In this document: one piece after another, positions 21,012 through 31,488 of the stretch | How positions within the stretch are numbered: the first letter of the stretch is position 1 | Layout of the letters: each line of letters opens with the position of its first letter | Origin: a virus | Direction: 5' to 3' (one strand) | Length of the DNA: 64,000 nt | Virus record (IMG/VR): IMGVR_UViG_3300033149_004116 | Span: 1 to 64,000 of that record | Position numbers and translations under genes: made by a program | The notes under the pieces: model-generated | What the model was told of the DNA's origin: nothing | What the model saw: the letters and a program-made list of their open reading frames with translations, nothing else | The model's database searches: none

Positions 21012-22541
21012 CTACTCCCACAGCTCCTTTATTTTTATCTTTTTATATCCGCTGTTTATTTTATTCTCAAACTTCTTTGGAATATTTATTGTTCTCCCGC
21101 CATTTGGTTGATTTATTATTTTTGCCTCAAATGTCACTCCTTTATTTCTCTCATTTAACAATATCTTTATAACCGTTCTACAGAATTCGTCTAATTCCGC
21201 CTGAAACTGCGCCGTTGCATCTCCCCATCCCTTCTCTAGATGGATTAATTCATGTCCAATCTTCTCTATCAAATCTGGGAGGTCTTTTAATACCTTTATG
21301 CTTATTCCTATTTTATTTCCTTCCTGATAACCGCCTATTTTTACATACTTCGCGGGAATAAATTCTATTGTTCCCTCCTCCACCATTCTTTTCAGCGTCG
21401 ATCTGAAAAGTCTCGTCTCTTCTATCACCTCAAAAGCTCTTTCAACCATTCTTTTTTGAGGTTTTGATAACTCCTCAAATTTCCTCCTCTTTTCTTTCCG
21501 TATCTTATCATCTTCATCTCTTATGAACTGTATTGCATCCTTTATTCCACAATTTTTGAAAGCTTGAATTATTTGAGGAGTTTGAAACTTGATAAATCTC
21601 CCCCCTCTGTGTGTTACTTTCCCCCGTAAATCTGAATCGTATCCAGGAACTGCATTACTTCCATACATATCATAAAATACTTCTTTATATGATTCGTTTA
21701 GTTCCATATATGATGCTTTTGCCTCAAAAGAATCTTTTTGGAATTGTCTGATTACCTTCCTTATCTCGATATGATCGGTAATTAATGATAACAATCTCCC
21801 CAAACTAAATTTAATTGAAAATTCATCTGCAAACTGTCTATCAGTTCCCAGCTTCACCTGATATAAATCATAACCATAAAGAGAACCTTCTTTTATATCC
21901 TGTACCCAAATTCCTCGTTGATATAATTTTCCCCCGTATTTCTCTCCCTTTAAAATTTCACCTGTAAAATTGCTTTTTACAATTATATCTTTTTGATGAT
22001 TTATTGGTAAAAATCTATGCTCCATAAATTCGTCTATATCCTTTTTGTTTAATCCTCCTATCCTTATTTCTACTCCTCTTATTGGATTCAATCCATCTCC
22101 ATAAACATAGTTGATAACTTTATATCCGCCGAAGTTTTCACTTTCCACCGTGCTGATCCAATCTCTCGACCTGATAAGGATATCATAACCTAATCTTTTT
22201 AAGATCACCAAAGCAATTTTAAGACCTTCTCCATATTGCCCGCGCTTGTTCTCTCCCTCCTTTTCAGATACACCCAACAAGAAGAATTGTGTTAAGGACA
22301 TTCCACAACCATTATCTCTTATAATTAGAGTGTTATCTTTTTGGGAGATATCGGGAAGTTGTTCAGTTTCATCTAAAGTGTTCTGCACAATCTCCCTGAT
22401 AGCTTCCCACAATCCCCATTGACGACGATAATTCGTCGTTAGGGTTGTTTCTCTTTTCTTTACTCGACGAAAGTCGAGGTCTATTTCATATTCTTCTTTC
22501 AACCTTCTTATGAAGGTCTGAACTTGTTCGTTTTCTTTCAT
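21012..22541 (-). CDS. GHKL (HATPase) ATPase with a C-terminal HExxH motif
   Basis: EAIREIVQNTLD, DNGCG, GQYGEGLK, then HELIH. Confidence 0.75.
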   Translation of the reverse strand: MKENEQVQTFIRRLKEEYEIDLDFRRVKKRETTLTTNYRRQWGLWEAIREIVQNTLDETEQLPDISQKDNTLIIRDNGCGMSLTQFFLLGVSEKEGENKRGQYGEGLKIALVILKRLGYDILIRSRDWISTVESENFGGYKVINYVYGDGLNPIRGVEIRIGGLNKKDIDEFMEHRFLPINHQKDIIVKSNFTGEILKGEKYGGKLYQRGIWVQDIKEGSLYGYDLYQVKLGTDRQFADEFSIKFSLGRLLSLITDHIEIRKVIRQFQKDSFEAKASYMELNESYKEVFYDMYGSNAVPGYDSDLRGKVTHRGGRFIKFQTPQIIQAFKNCGIKDAIQFIRDEDDKIRKEKRRKFEELSKPQKRMVERAFEVIEETRLFRSTLKRMVEEGTIEFIPAKYVKIGGYQEGNKIGISIKVLKDLPDLIEKIGHELIHLEKGWGDATAQFQAELDEFCRTVIKILLNERNKGVTFEAKIINQPNGGRTINIPKKFENKINSGYKKIKIKELWE

Positions 22542-23105
22542 CTATACACACACCTCTATAGCTTTTCTTATTCGTATAGCCTTTATATTTTCAGGAGAAA
22601 TTTTCTTTTTATGTATTAATATTTCAGGATATCTATATGTATTAGGAGCAGTTACTGATATCATTAATTTAACATTTTTAGGTATTTCTTCTCCTCTATT
22701 ATAAAGATATATTTTCCCCTCCCTCAAATAAATTAATACATCTGATAATGGTTTAATACTATCAATATACCAATAATCTCTTTCTCCACTAGGATAAAAA
22801 TATGCTTCATTTATTAATTTTGCATCTCCAACATAACACTCATCAATATTAACATTAAGTTCGAGAGTTACAATATCGTCCCCCTCTCTCTCCATACTTT
22901 TAATATACTTCATCATTTCCCCCCACCAAGGGAGTTCAAGATTAAAATATCCAAATATAACTTCGTTTCTTGTAGGCAAGTTCTTTTTTCTTAATAATCT
23001 ATTCAATCTTTTTTCGTGTTCGGCTTCTCTTTTATGTGGTGTAAGACCTTCTCTTAATGTTCTATCCAAATATTTCTTTTGTATATCTTTATATATAGTT
23101 ATCAT
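22542..23105 (-). CDS. Possible ADP-ribosyltransferase-fold protein
   Basis: LREGLTP...PEILIHKKKISPENI pattern; the N-terminal His is absent. Confidence 0.35.
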   Translation of the reverse strand: MITIYKDIQKKYLDRTLREGLTPHKREAEHEKRLNRLLRKKNLPTRNEVIFGYFNLELPWWGEMMKYIKSMEREGDDIVTLELNVNIDECYVGDAKLINEAYFYPSGERDYWYIDSIKPLSDVLIYLREGKIYLYNRGEEIPKNVKLMISVTAPNTYRYPEILIHKKKISPENIKAIRIRKAIEVCV

Positions 23106-23106
23106 C

Positions 23107-23541
23107 TTAAAGCCTCCCCCGATCTACTTCTCCCCCTGAATATTTAAGTATATTCGTTTTTGTTTCATCGGAAACTACAACAATCATCTCCATCTTTTTT
23201 ACCTTAATGAGTAGTTCATAAAGATCGTCGATATTTAATCCTCCTCTTTTAATTAGAGGTCGATATGTCCTATTTTTTATTATAGTTAAAGTTCCATATT
23301 TCGAGAGCAAATCATCATATTCTTTTGTATATCTCTTTACGTTAGTTAATTCTTTCACAATCAAATAGTAATCTACTTTTTTACTTCTCTTATATTTGTA
23401 TTTTCCAATTGTGATATAAAATTTAGATGTAAAGAGTGTATATCTAGTTTCCGAATATTTCCATCCCGTCGTTCTCTTTACTTCAACATCAACATCAAAC
23501 ATCTTCTCGATTCTTGATTTGTTTAGGATTTTATTCGACAT
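23107..23541 (-). CDS. Hypothetical basic protein, paralog of 20646..21011
   Basis: Shares N-terminal blocks with 20646..21011 and its C-terminal tail with 20178..20582. Confidence 0.55.
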   Translation of the reverse strand: MSNKILNKSRIEKMFDVDVEVKRTTGWKYSETRYTLFTSKFYITIGKYKYKRSKKVDYYLIVKELTNVKRYTKEYDDLLSKYGTLTIIKNRTYRPLIKRGGLNIDDLYELLIKVKKMEMIVVVSDETKTNILKYSGGEVDRGRL

Positions 23542-23543
23542 CT

Positions 23544-24128
23544 TTATTCCTCCCTTTTTATTTCATAAGCTTCAAGTTCATCTATATCATACATATTTTC
23601 TATCCACCATTCGCATAATTTCTCATATACCATTTTTGATATTGCCCATAATTTATTATCTATTCCTTCCTCGAAATTAATTACTCTCTGTCCTCCCATA
23701 TCCCATCTATTTGTAGATATTCCAATAAAATAAAGACAATACATATCTAAATCATCCTTATCAATATAAACTCTATATATTGCGTTTATTGATATTCTTC
23801 CTGAATATTGTTTACAATCCATCATACTTTCTCCACATGATATATCTTCCTCGACTTCTCCATCCAATTTTTCACTATCAACAATTATCACAACTCTCTT
23901 TAGGTTCTTTCGCTCCTGTGATAATGCTATTTCTGCCGACTCTAATGCCAACCTTATTCCTTCTTCATACCAATAATCTTCATATTCCTCCCTCAAATAA
24001 TCCTCTCCCCAGAAATATGTAGTTTCTGGCTGGCTGGCTGTCCATACTACATCTTTACTTCCGATGTAGCCGTCTTTTAGAATCTTCATAAATCGGTTAT
24101 ATGTCGTTCCATGAAATAACAGCATCAC
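23544..24128 (-). CDS. Possible ADP-ribosyltransferase-fold protein
   Basis: LFHGTT...ILKDG...TYFW...GRISINAI. Confidence 0.45.
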   Translation of the reverse strand: MMLLFHGTTYNRFMKILKDGYIGSKDVVWTASQPETTYFWGEDYLREEYEDYWYEEGIRLALESAEIALSQERKNLKRVVIIVDSEKLDGEVEEDISCGESMMDCKQYSGRISINAIYRVYIDKDDLDMYCLYFIGISTNRWDMGGQRVINFEEGIDNKLWAISKMVYEKLCEWWIENMYDIDELEAYEIKREE

Positions 24129-26057
24129 TTATCCCTCCTTTTAGATTCTATTTCTTCTTCCACCTTAACTTGATATCTATAATGATTGTATGCTTCCCTC
24201 CTGCTTTTTGCGAATAGTGATTTATTCCATATCTTTCGACCGTCCTTTTTGTATTCGTAATATCCCGCGACGTAATAATATACAGGTTTGGCTAATCCTA
24301 ATCTTTTCTGATCTTCTATAAGAGTATGTCCATAAGGATAATCCCAATGAGACAATAGTCGGAGCAATTCCCACCGTCCCCAGGAAAACTCTTTTGACTT
24401 GAGCAGTTTTACTTCCTCATATTCCCCCCAATCTTCCATACTCATTTTCTCTCCCCCCTTTCCTCTTTACAATATCTACATCTTTCGTGTAGTATTATTT
24501 TAATTCCTTCCTTCTTATCGGAAGATAATGTATTTTTTAGAATTACTTCCCTTGATATGCAATTAGATTTAACTTTTGAATATAAACACCAATTTGGTGT
24601 TTTGTATTTATTAGGAATTCTCTTATTATATTTCACACATCTTAACTTCATTTTGCCTCCTCCTCTTTCACTCCTCTCTTATCCTCCCTCTTTTATCCAT
24701 TATAATATGAGGTATTGATTTTTTGCGATGATAAAGATTGTAGTTTTTAATGCTATCGATAAGAATCTCCGCGTTTTCTTTTTGTCTATTTCTAAATCTT
24801 AACTCCCTTTCAACTTCCTTTATACATAAGGAGTTAGATGGGCAATTCAAACATTTTAATGTATCTTTATGTTTTCCGAAACATTCAGGCTTCATCTTAA
24901 TTCCTCCCCCTCTATAGCATCTTTAAATATGTTTTTAGCCTCTCTTATGCTTTTAGTAAAACGAATTGAGTGAAATCTTCCTATTCTTTCGCCCCTTCTC
25001 TCTCTGTATCCTACTTCATAATTATATTTCGGGATTCTATATTTGTCGTTTTTTGTCCAAAAATATATATCCCTTCCTTTCGGATACTCATAATGATCTA
25101 CTGATCTCGTTAATTCCCATATCACATCTGAAAAAACTTTTGATTTGATAACTTCATCCTCTATGATATTGTTCATTTTACCTTATCCTCCTTTTAGGAC
25201 TCCTTATTTTTCTAGTTGATTTATCCATAACGTAATTATGCCTTCTTAAATAGGCTGTTCTCTTTTTTCCTCGAATCAATTTTAATCCCTTCTCCTTAAG
25301 GAATTTTTCAGATACAAATTGTATCCTCATAAGTTGATCATCTTTAAAGACTGCAACCTTTATAATACCTTTATGTCTTAGACCTTCCCAGAGGCTTATT
25401 ACATCGATCATTTTAATCCACCTTAAAAGACATAACTTTTATATCTCCCTTCTCTAAGGCTTTTTGTAACCTTAGAGATATTGTTTGTCTCCTTCTCCTT
25501 CTTTCGGAGAACTTCCTCCCGCGCAATTGAAAGAATCCCAATTTAATTCTTTCAGCTTCTCCACTTTTTTGTGAAGGATAATTATCGTCGTTTAAATATT
25601 CTTCTTTTATTTGAGAAATTAAACTTTCATTTATTGATTGTTTAACTTCAATATCTTTTATATTGAATTTAGGGAGAAGATTTTTTCTGTTTTCCTCCCT
25701 GATCCACATTAAACACTTCAACTTGTTTTTACACTTATCACAAATAGGCGATAACCTCAAACTTCCTGTTGAAGTTTTTTGTATATGTTCACAGTTGAAG
25801 TTAAGACCTTCATAATCTATTGTTCTCATTTTTTAATCCTCCATAGATTTAACCTTATCTTCTCCTTTTTTTGTTAATCTCCAATGGATAATATGATATG
25901 GTCTAATTTCATCTATTGTATAAATCAGACCTTTTTTTTGTAAATTTAAAAGTGCTTTATGTTCTATACATACTTTGGGAACATCTATTCTTGATCCCTT
26001 CTCTTTAATTATTTCTAATAAAAAACGTTCTTCCATTGTCAATCTCATTATTTCCAC
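24125..26057 (-). other. Array of small basic hypothetical genes starting next to the non-coding island
   Basis: Abutting ORFs of 69-138 aa; 25833..26057 is wHTH-like. Confidence 0.55.
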
Positions 26058-27424
26058 CTACAATTAGAGTTTATCCTTTGATTAGTTAATATAAATGGAC
26101 TTCTTCGATCATCGCTAAAGTCTTTAGCGATGTTTACCGTCGTGGCTTCTTCCTCTTTCATGTTCATCGAATACCCAAATGATCTAACTTTTATTTAAGC
26201 TTTAGCTTCCTTCTCAAAAATTCTATCTTTCGTGGAAATAAGCTATTTTATCAATCCTTTTACTGTCGAACAACTTTGAAGCTTTCATTTTTCGAGACTT
26301 CCTTTTAGATTTTTTTCATCGAATTTGGGAGGTAACACTTCTCCTTCACATTTTTGTAAATCTTTGTTTTTATGGACTCTTTCGATGAAAGATTTTAAAT
26401 GAAGTTCTCTCAAAAATTTGATGAAGTTATCTTTATCGAAAGTTGAAGGGTTCTCAAGACTTCTCCAAATTTTCATCTTTTATTTTTTTCACCTTGAGTT
26501 ATGTCTTATAATTTTTAAGGCTGTTGTGTGCTTATCTCTTTTTTGGGCTGAGAATTTGAGACATCGAGACATGAAAGTGAAAGTTTCGGAGGAATCTAAA
26601 GAATTATGATGATCAGTTATCACCAAACATCACCACCGACATCAGTTATCCTTTTATCTTTATCTTTCAATATGATCTTATTCAATACCTGAACTAACAC
26701 ATGAACCTTCAAATCTTTTAATTTCACCCCAAGCTAACCTGCCAAGTGTCATGTGAATCAAGTAATTATTATTGTATTACCACGAATTTCAATTGAATTC
26801 CACACTTTTTGTTCAGTTTTACCTTCAATTCCATCTTATTTCCTCAAAAATCATGGGAATTAAGTGTTATTTCAATCTAAAAGTGATCATTTGAACAGAA
26901 TCGGGGGGATTTTTACTCTCATTTGAGGTTAAATCATCTATTATCAATAATAATTGAGGGATTATTCTGTTAGTTTCAAGTGAATCATAATTGATACTCT
27001 CAAAATTATCTAAAACTGTGGGAATCTTTACTTTAATATGGAATTCACAGTTCTACTGCGGAAAGCGTAAGTGTCTCCTATAGGTAAATCTACGAATTAC
27101 TTATAGTTTCTACGAAATCTTTAGGTAAATTCATCCTTTACTTTCAGTTCAAGCATAAATGATACCTTCATTTCAAACTAAAATGGCAGGGATTTACCTT
27201 CACCTGAAGCATAATTTTCACCCAGGGCTGAAGTTTTCGTGGAGATTTACTCTAAGTTCTCATTTACAATAAGCTATTTTTAAGCCTAATTTCCAATTTA
27301 GACTAATTCTGGGCTATCTCTAAGTTTGGAGTTACTGTAAGTTCCTGTGGAATATTATGGTTCAGTTTAAAGTAAACGGCTCAGTTTCAGGTGAAAGTAA
27401 CAAATTAAAAAATTTAGTTTTAGT
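26058..27424. other. ~1.35 kb non-coding island (candidate origin or genome-end region)
   Basis: No convincing ORFs; loses the purine bias of coding DNA; short direct repeats and a palindrome. Confidence 0.5.
26110..26132. repeat. Perfect 11-bp inverted repeat CATCGCTAAAG-T-CTTTAGCGATG
   Basis: Read directly from the sequence; lies just upstream of the small-gene array. Confidence 0.85.
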
Positions 27425-29066
27425 TTAGAGTAAGGGATATTGGGAACTGTTACATATAGTAGAAACAGAATCATTTAATCTATTGTTATAAAAAATATCT
27501 TCCCAAACTTGTTTTATGTTACATATATTGGAGAGTGAATTAAATCGTCTATTATTATAAACTCCCGAAAAAATTTGGAAAAATTCCCGACGACTATTCA
27601 AAGAGTCTCCGCAAAAATGAAAATTTTGAGATTCAACAACGTACCTTCTCTCCTTCAAGTTCTTCTCTCCTCCTCATAGCTTTTTCATAATCTTCAGCAA
27701 ATTTGTAAGCATATTCATTAGGAGTAAAGCTATGACCGAGGGGGTATTTGGTTATTACACCATCTATAAGCCTTATGGAATAATGATATCCATCACAAAA
27801 TTGGCGCGAATGACCCTCCCCCAATCGCCAAAACAATTACCTTTGTATTCACAAAAAGGGCAAAGACCTCGACTTCCGTAAATTAAAAGATTTCCATTTT
27901 TCAATCTTATACTCAAGTAGTATCTCCTCCTTTAGAGTTAAATTTTCGTTTTCCACTTCGTTCTTCAAATTCTATAAGAACTGCTCTCTTCTCGCATTTC
28001 AATTATCTTACCTCCTCTCTCCTTCTATCAGAAGAGTGCGTCCAATATCTATATGAAGGCAACTATTTTATCGTTCTGCAAAATTATAGTTCCACTCTTT
28101 ATATTCATTCTTTTTTCCTCTTTTTTCTATTATCTTCCACAAATTAGACAGTTCATTTTCTACTTCCTTCTAAAAGCGGAACCTCTTCCAAAAAACTACA
28201 ATCTTCCATACTCGGACTTCCCCGTTCATCGATATTACAGTGATCTCCCCACCCAGAATCGCCCCCATCATAGAAGGGACATTCCCAACACCCCTCAATT
28301 ATTTTACCTTCGAGGAATTTTGGTAAACTAACTCCTCTCTTCATTCATCTATCACCTTTAACTTGAACTCTATTACATCATTAACTGTGGGACGACCAAG
28401 TAAGGTATATTCTCTATTAGTAAGAAGGAGACTTTTTACTTGTGAAGTTTCTCCATATATGGACTGATGCTATTCTTAATTTAAGCGTTATTATTTCATT
28501 TCACCTCAGAATTCAAATTATTAAAATAACATTCTTTAAGAAGAACTATTTGATTTTCAATATCTTCAAAAATTTGTTGAATCTCCGAAATGGTTAGTTC
28601 AAATATCTCAAATCGAATATCTCCTTGATTGAAAGAAATATTAAAATGCTTCCCATCATCTGAGTCAACTTGAATCTCAATTCTTGAATTGCTCATGTTT
28701 GATTCACCGAATCGGGGTAAACTTTCTTAAGTAACGAGGAGAGAGATTTATCTTTAATGTGATATTCAGCAATAGCATTATGAAGCATCTGAAGTTCTTT
28801 ATTATTCAAATATAAAGCGGTCAAATTGGCGAGGCGAGGATCGGTAATTACTATATTCCATCGATTTCCTCCAGCAACTCTAACCCCATTCTTGAACAAT
28901 CTTTCTAAAGCGTCTGCCTCAGAACTACTTTCAGCACTTAATTGTATAAAAATATCATTCTCGTCAAAGCTCTCCATAATTTTGGCTCTCATTTTATATT
29001 TTCACTCATCCTATTATTCATCAACTTATTATAAAATCTCATATAAAAGGTTATCGGTTGGAGAGC

Positions 29067-29138
29067 GGGTCGAGTTGGGAATCGAACCCAAATCTTCAGT
29101 TCCACAAACTGATATGTTTGCCATTACACCACTCGCCC
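29067..29138 (-). tRNA. tRNA-His(GTG), no encoded CCA
   Basis: Anticodon arm TCAGT-TTGTGGA-ACTGA, T-arm TTGGG-TTCGATT-CCCAA, D-arm GTGT/ACAT, C73. Confidence 0.9.
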
Positions 29139-29160
29139 ATCCAAGAAAATCACCACATGA

Positions 29161-29168
29161 TATTTAAA
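29161..29168 (-). promoter_or_regulatory. TATA box (TTTAAATA) for tRNA-His
   Basis: 23 nt upstream of tRNA position 1. Confidence 0.65.
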
Positions 29169-29215
29169 TGTATAGAAAAGGCAAAGTTCTATTTAAACAC
29201 TTTACTAAAAGTATA

Positions 29216-30736
29216 TTAAAAATAATTACTTAAAGAAGAAACGTTCTTTTTCGGAATTTTATAATTCCCACGAACCCTCCATCGCGCCATTTCACAATAT
29301 TCGGGTTTTATATCAATAAGGATAAAACGACGATTCAGCCGTCGAGCAACCAAACCAACAGTTCCACTCCCGCCAAAGGGATCAAGAACAACTCCAGGAA
29401 CCCACCCCGCGTCACAACTACAACCAGACCAACCAACGGTTTCATATTGAGTGTGAGTGACCTTCTCCACACTATACAGAGATGATCCTATTCTTTGATA
29501 AGAACTTATCTCGCCCTGCTCGATGTGCTGTTTTTGTTCGACTTCAACATCAGCCACCCTCTTTCCCCTCCTAACCGCTCTCAATAATTCACGATATTCC
29601 TTAGTTGGCTGTGTCATCCGTACCCGTGGAACGCCACACTTCGGACATATCCAACGCGGACAACCTGCCTTTATAATGGGAATAATAAGTTTTGGGGGGA
29701 AAGTGGCAAAATGCGCGCCAGAAAATGCTGTGGTGGGGATGGTCCAAACATCCCCAGGATTTTTTCCTTTTATATTTCCAGCTTCTCTCCTCTTCGTGAT
29801 TCTGGAGATGTGTGGATTATTCACCTTATAAGGTGCTTTATTTCTCACACCAGTATTTGGACCATCTGCAAGCCTTTTTTCTTTATTGAATTGATACGAA
29901 ACGTCCTTTCCACGAGACGCCCAAAGTTGTTTTCTATACTCCATCTGAAACGGATTTGTTTGATGGGGAACTCTGATCGCGTCTAAATCAAACCAATACC
30001 TTCTCTGTTTAGCGAAAAGAAATACGAACTCGTAAGCATTTGTCAGTCTATCTTTAACAGAACTGGGCATATGGTTAGGTTTTTCCCAGATTATAGAATT
30101 ACGAAGTATCCAGCCGTCGTGTTGGAGAGCTATGGCAACTCGCCAGGGGATACCGAGAAGTTGTTTGGGTTGAAGCCAGTTAGATTTATATTTTTCTCTA
30201 AGTTCATTAATTTTAGACAATCCATATCGTTCTGCTGAAGACGTAAATTGTTCTGTTGAACCTTTAAAGGAAGAACCGCTCTTTGTGTAATAGGTATCTC
30301 CAAGGTTGAGCCAAAACGTCCCAGACGGCTTCAATACGCGTTTAACTTCGCGAAAAATCAGAACCAAGTGATTAACATACATCTCTGGATGTGGCTCCAA
30401 TCCTAGCTGCCCGCGCCATGCCCCACATTTAGCACAGGTTTCTGCTAGCTGTTTGTGTTGTCCGTGTAATTCCCTTTTAATCGACGTTTGGGAGGTAGAT
30501 AGCCCCTTTCTATTTACAGAAGATAGTCCTACGATGTGTTCAGCCCACTTATGTTCACAATCTGGATTACCTCCCCATATTCTATTTGTTTCCGTTCCAT
30601 AATCGCGGAGTCCCCAATAAGGAGGAGATGTAACTACACAATCCACGCTATTCAGGGGGAACTTTTTCATTTCGGTAATACAGTCCCCGCAAATTATTTT
30701 ATTAAATGGTAAATTCAATTCTTTCCCTCTCTCCAC
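29216..30736 (-). CDS. N4-cytosine/N6-adenine DNA methyltransferase (beta class) with Zn-ribbon inserts
   Basis: VTSPPYWGLRDY, HFATFP, VLDPFGGSGT. Confidence 0.92.
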   Translation of the reverse strand: MERGKELNLPFNKIICGDCITEMKKFPLNSVDCVVTSPPYWGLRDYGTETNRIWGGNPDCEHKWAEHIVGLSSVNRKGLSTSQTSIKRELHGQHKQLAETCAKCGAWRGQLGLEPHPEMYVNHLVLIFREVKRVLKPSGTFWLNLGDTYYTKSGSSFKGSTEQFTSSAERYGLSKINELREKYKSNWLQPKQLLGIPWRVAIALQHDGWILRNSIIWEKPNHMPSSVKDRLTNAYEFVFLFAKQRRYWFDLDAIRVPHQTNPFQMEYRKQLWASRGKDVSYQFNKEKRLADGPNTGVRNKAPYKVNNPHISRITKRREAGNIKGKNPGDVWTIPTTAFSGAHFATFPPKLIIPIIKAGCPRWICPKCGVPRVRMTQPTKEYRELLRAVRRGKRVADVEVEQKQHIEQGEISSYQRIGSSLYSVEKVTHTQYETVGWSGCSCDAGWVPGVVLDPFGGSGTVGLVARRLNRRFILIDIKPEYCEMARWRVRGNYKIPKKNVSSLSNYF

Positions 30737-30881
30737 ATTTTTTCAAATTCTTGAAACTTAAATTGAAGCCAAGCATTGAGATGCGATTTATTTCCAACTT
30801 CTTCACAAATCTGTATAGGTTTGCCCTCTTCTTTAAGGAACTTCCAGAACCTTTCCCACCACGTAGAACCGTGTCTCATTT

Positions 30882-30956
30882 TCAATTCTCTTCCAAACAT
30901 TTTAGAATCTTGTAACCCAAAAATTCGATAACATTAACTGTTGTGGCGTTCCCAAG
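30882..30956 (-). pseudogene. Orphan duplicate 3' end (motif X) of the C5 methyltransferase
   Basis: Translates as LGNATTVNVIEFLGYKILKCLEEN*, versus LGNAVSVPVITFLGKQILLSL at the end of 31469..32746. Confidence 0.75.
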
Positions 30957-30957
30957 G

Positions 30958-31488
30958 TTAAGCGAGTTGATATTCAAGTTTTTCCTTGTCAAATCTCACA
31001 ATCCCTTTTCTAATTAAAATGCCTATTATTTTATCTGCGCTTGAATGAATCAGACCGTGTTCTCTATGATTTCTACAAATTATAAGATTATCTTCATTAG
31101 AATTTTTCCTATCAAAGTCTATATGATGTATTGGTTCGCTTCTTCTTGGTGTTCTGCCCAATATTTTCTCTCCAACAAGAATGTGATCGTAAACATATCC
31201 AATTTTCATAGCTCTTGGGTGTTCTGGATTATATGTTGCAGGATAACCGTTTTTTATAATTTTTCCTCCCTTCCAAGAACCATGATTTTTTCCTACTGTC
31301 TTTCTACGAGGGATATTGTATTCTTGCATTCTGAGATGTATAACTCGTTTCGTTGTTCCTAGTTTTTTTGCAATATCCTCCATAGTTAGCCCTTCTGAAT
31401 AAAGCATTTCTATTTGCTCCTTAGAGATAACTATTTTTCTTGGATTTACACCTGATTTAAAATTCTTTTTACTGTGACCCATAATCAC
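30958..31488 (-). CDS. HNH homing endonuclease with N-terminal HTH
   Basis: HTH, WKGG, GYVYDH, IHHIDFDRKNSNEDNL, H..IH. Confidence 0.85.
   Translation of the reverse strand: MIMGHSKKNFKSGVNPRKIVISKEQIEMLYSEGLTMEDIAKKLGTTKRVIHLRMQEYNIPRRKTVGKNHGSWKGGKIIKNGYPATYNPEHPRAMKIGYVYDHILVGEKILGRTPRRSEPIHHIDFDRKNSNEDNLIICRNHREHGLIHSSADKIIGILIRKGIVRFDKEKLEYQLA

Noticed and set aside
26058-27424. Possible mini-CRISPR array.
   Set aside because: No regularly spaced 24-40 nt repeats; only short irregular repeats.
27633-27916. Apparent frameshift (CPFCEYKGNCF / WRLGEG...) next to a TTGGCG/CGCCAA hairpin.
   Set aside because: The geometry is not BHB. A one-base loss in a T-run, from decay or assembly error, explains it.
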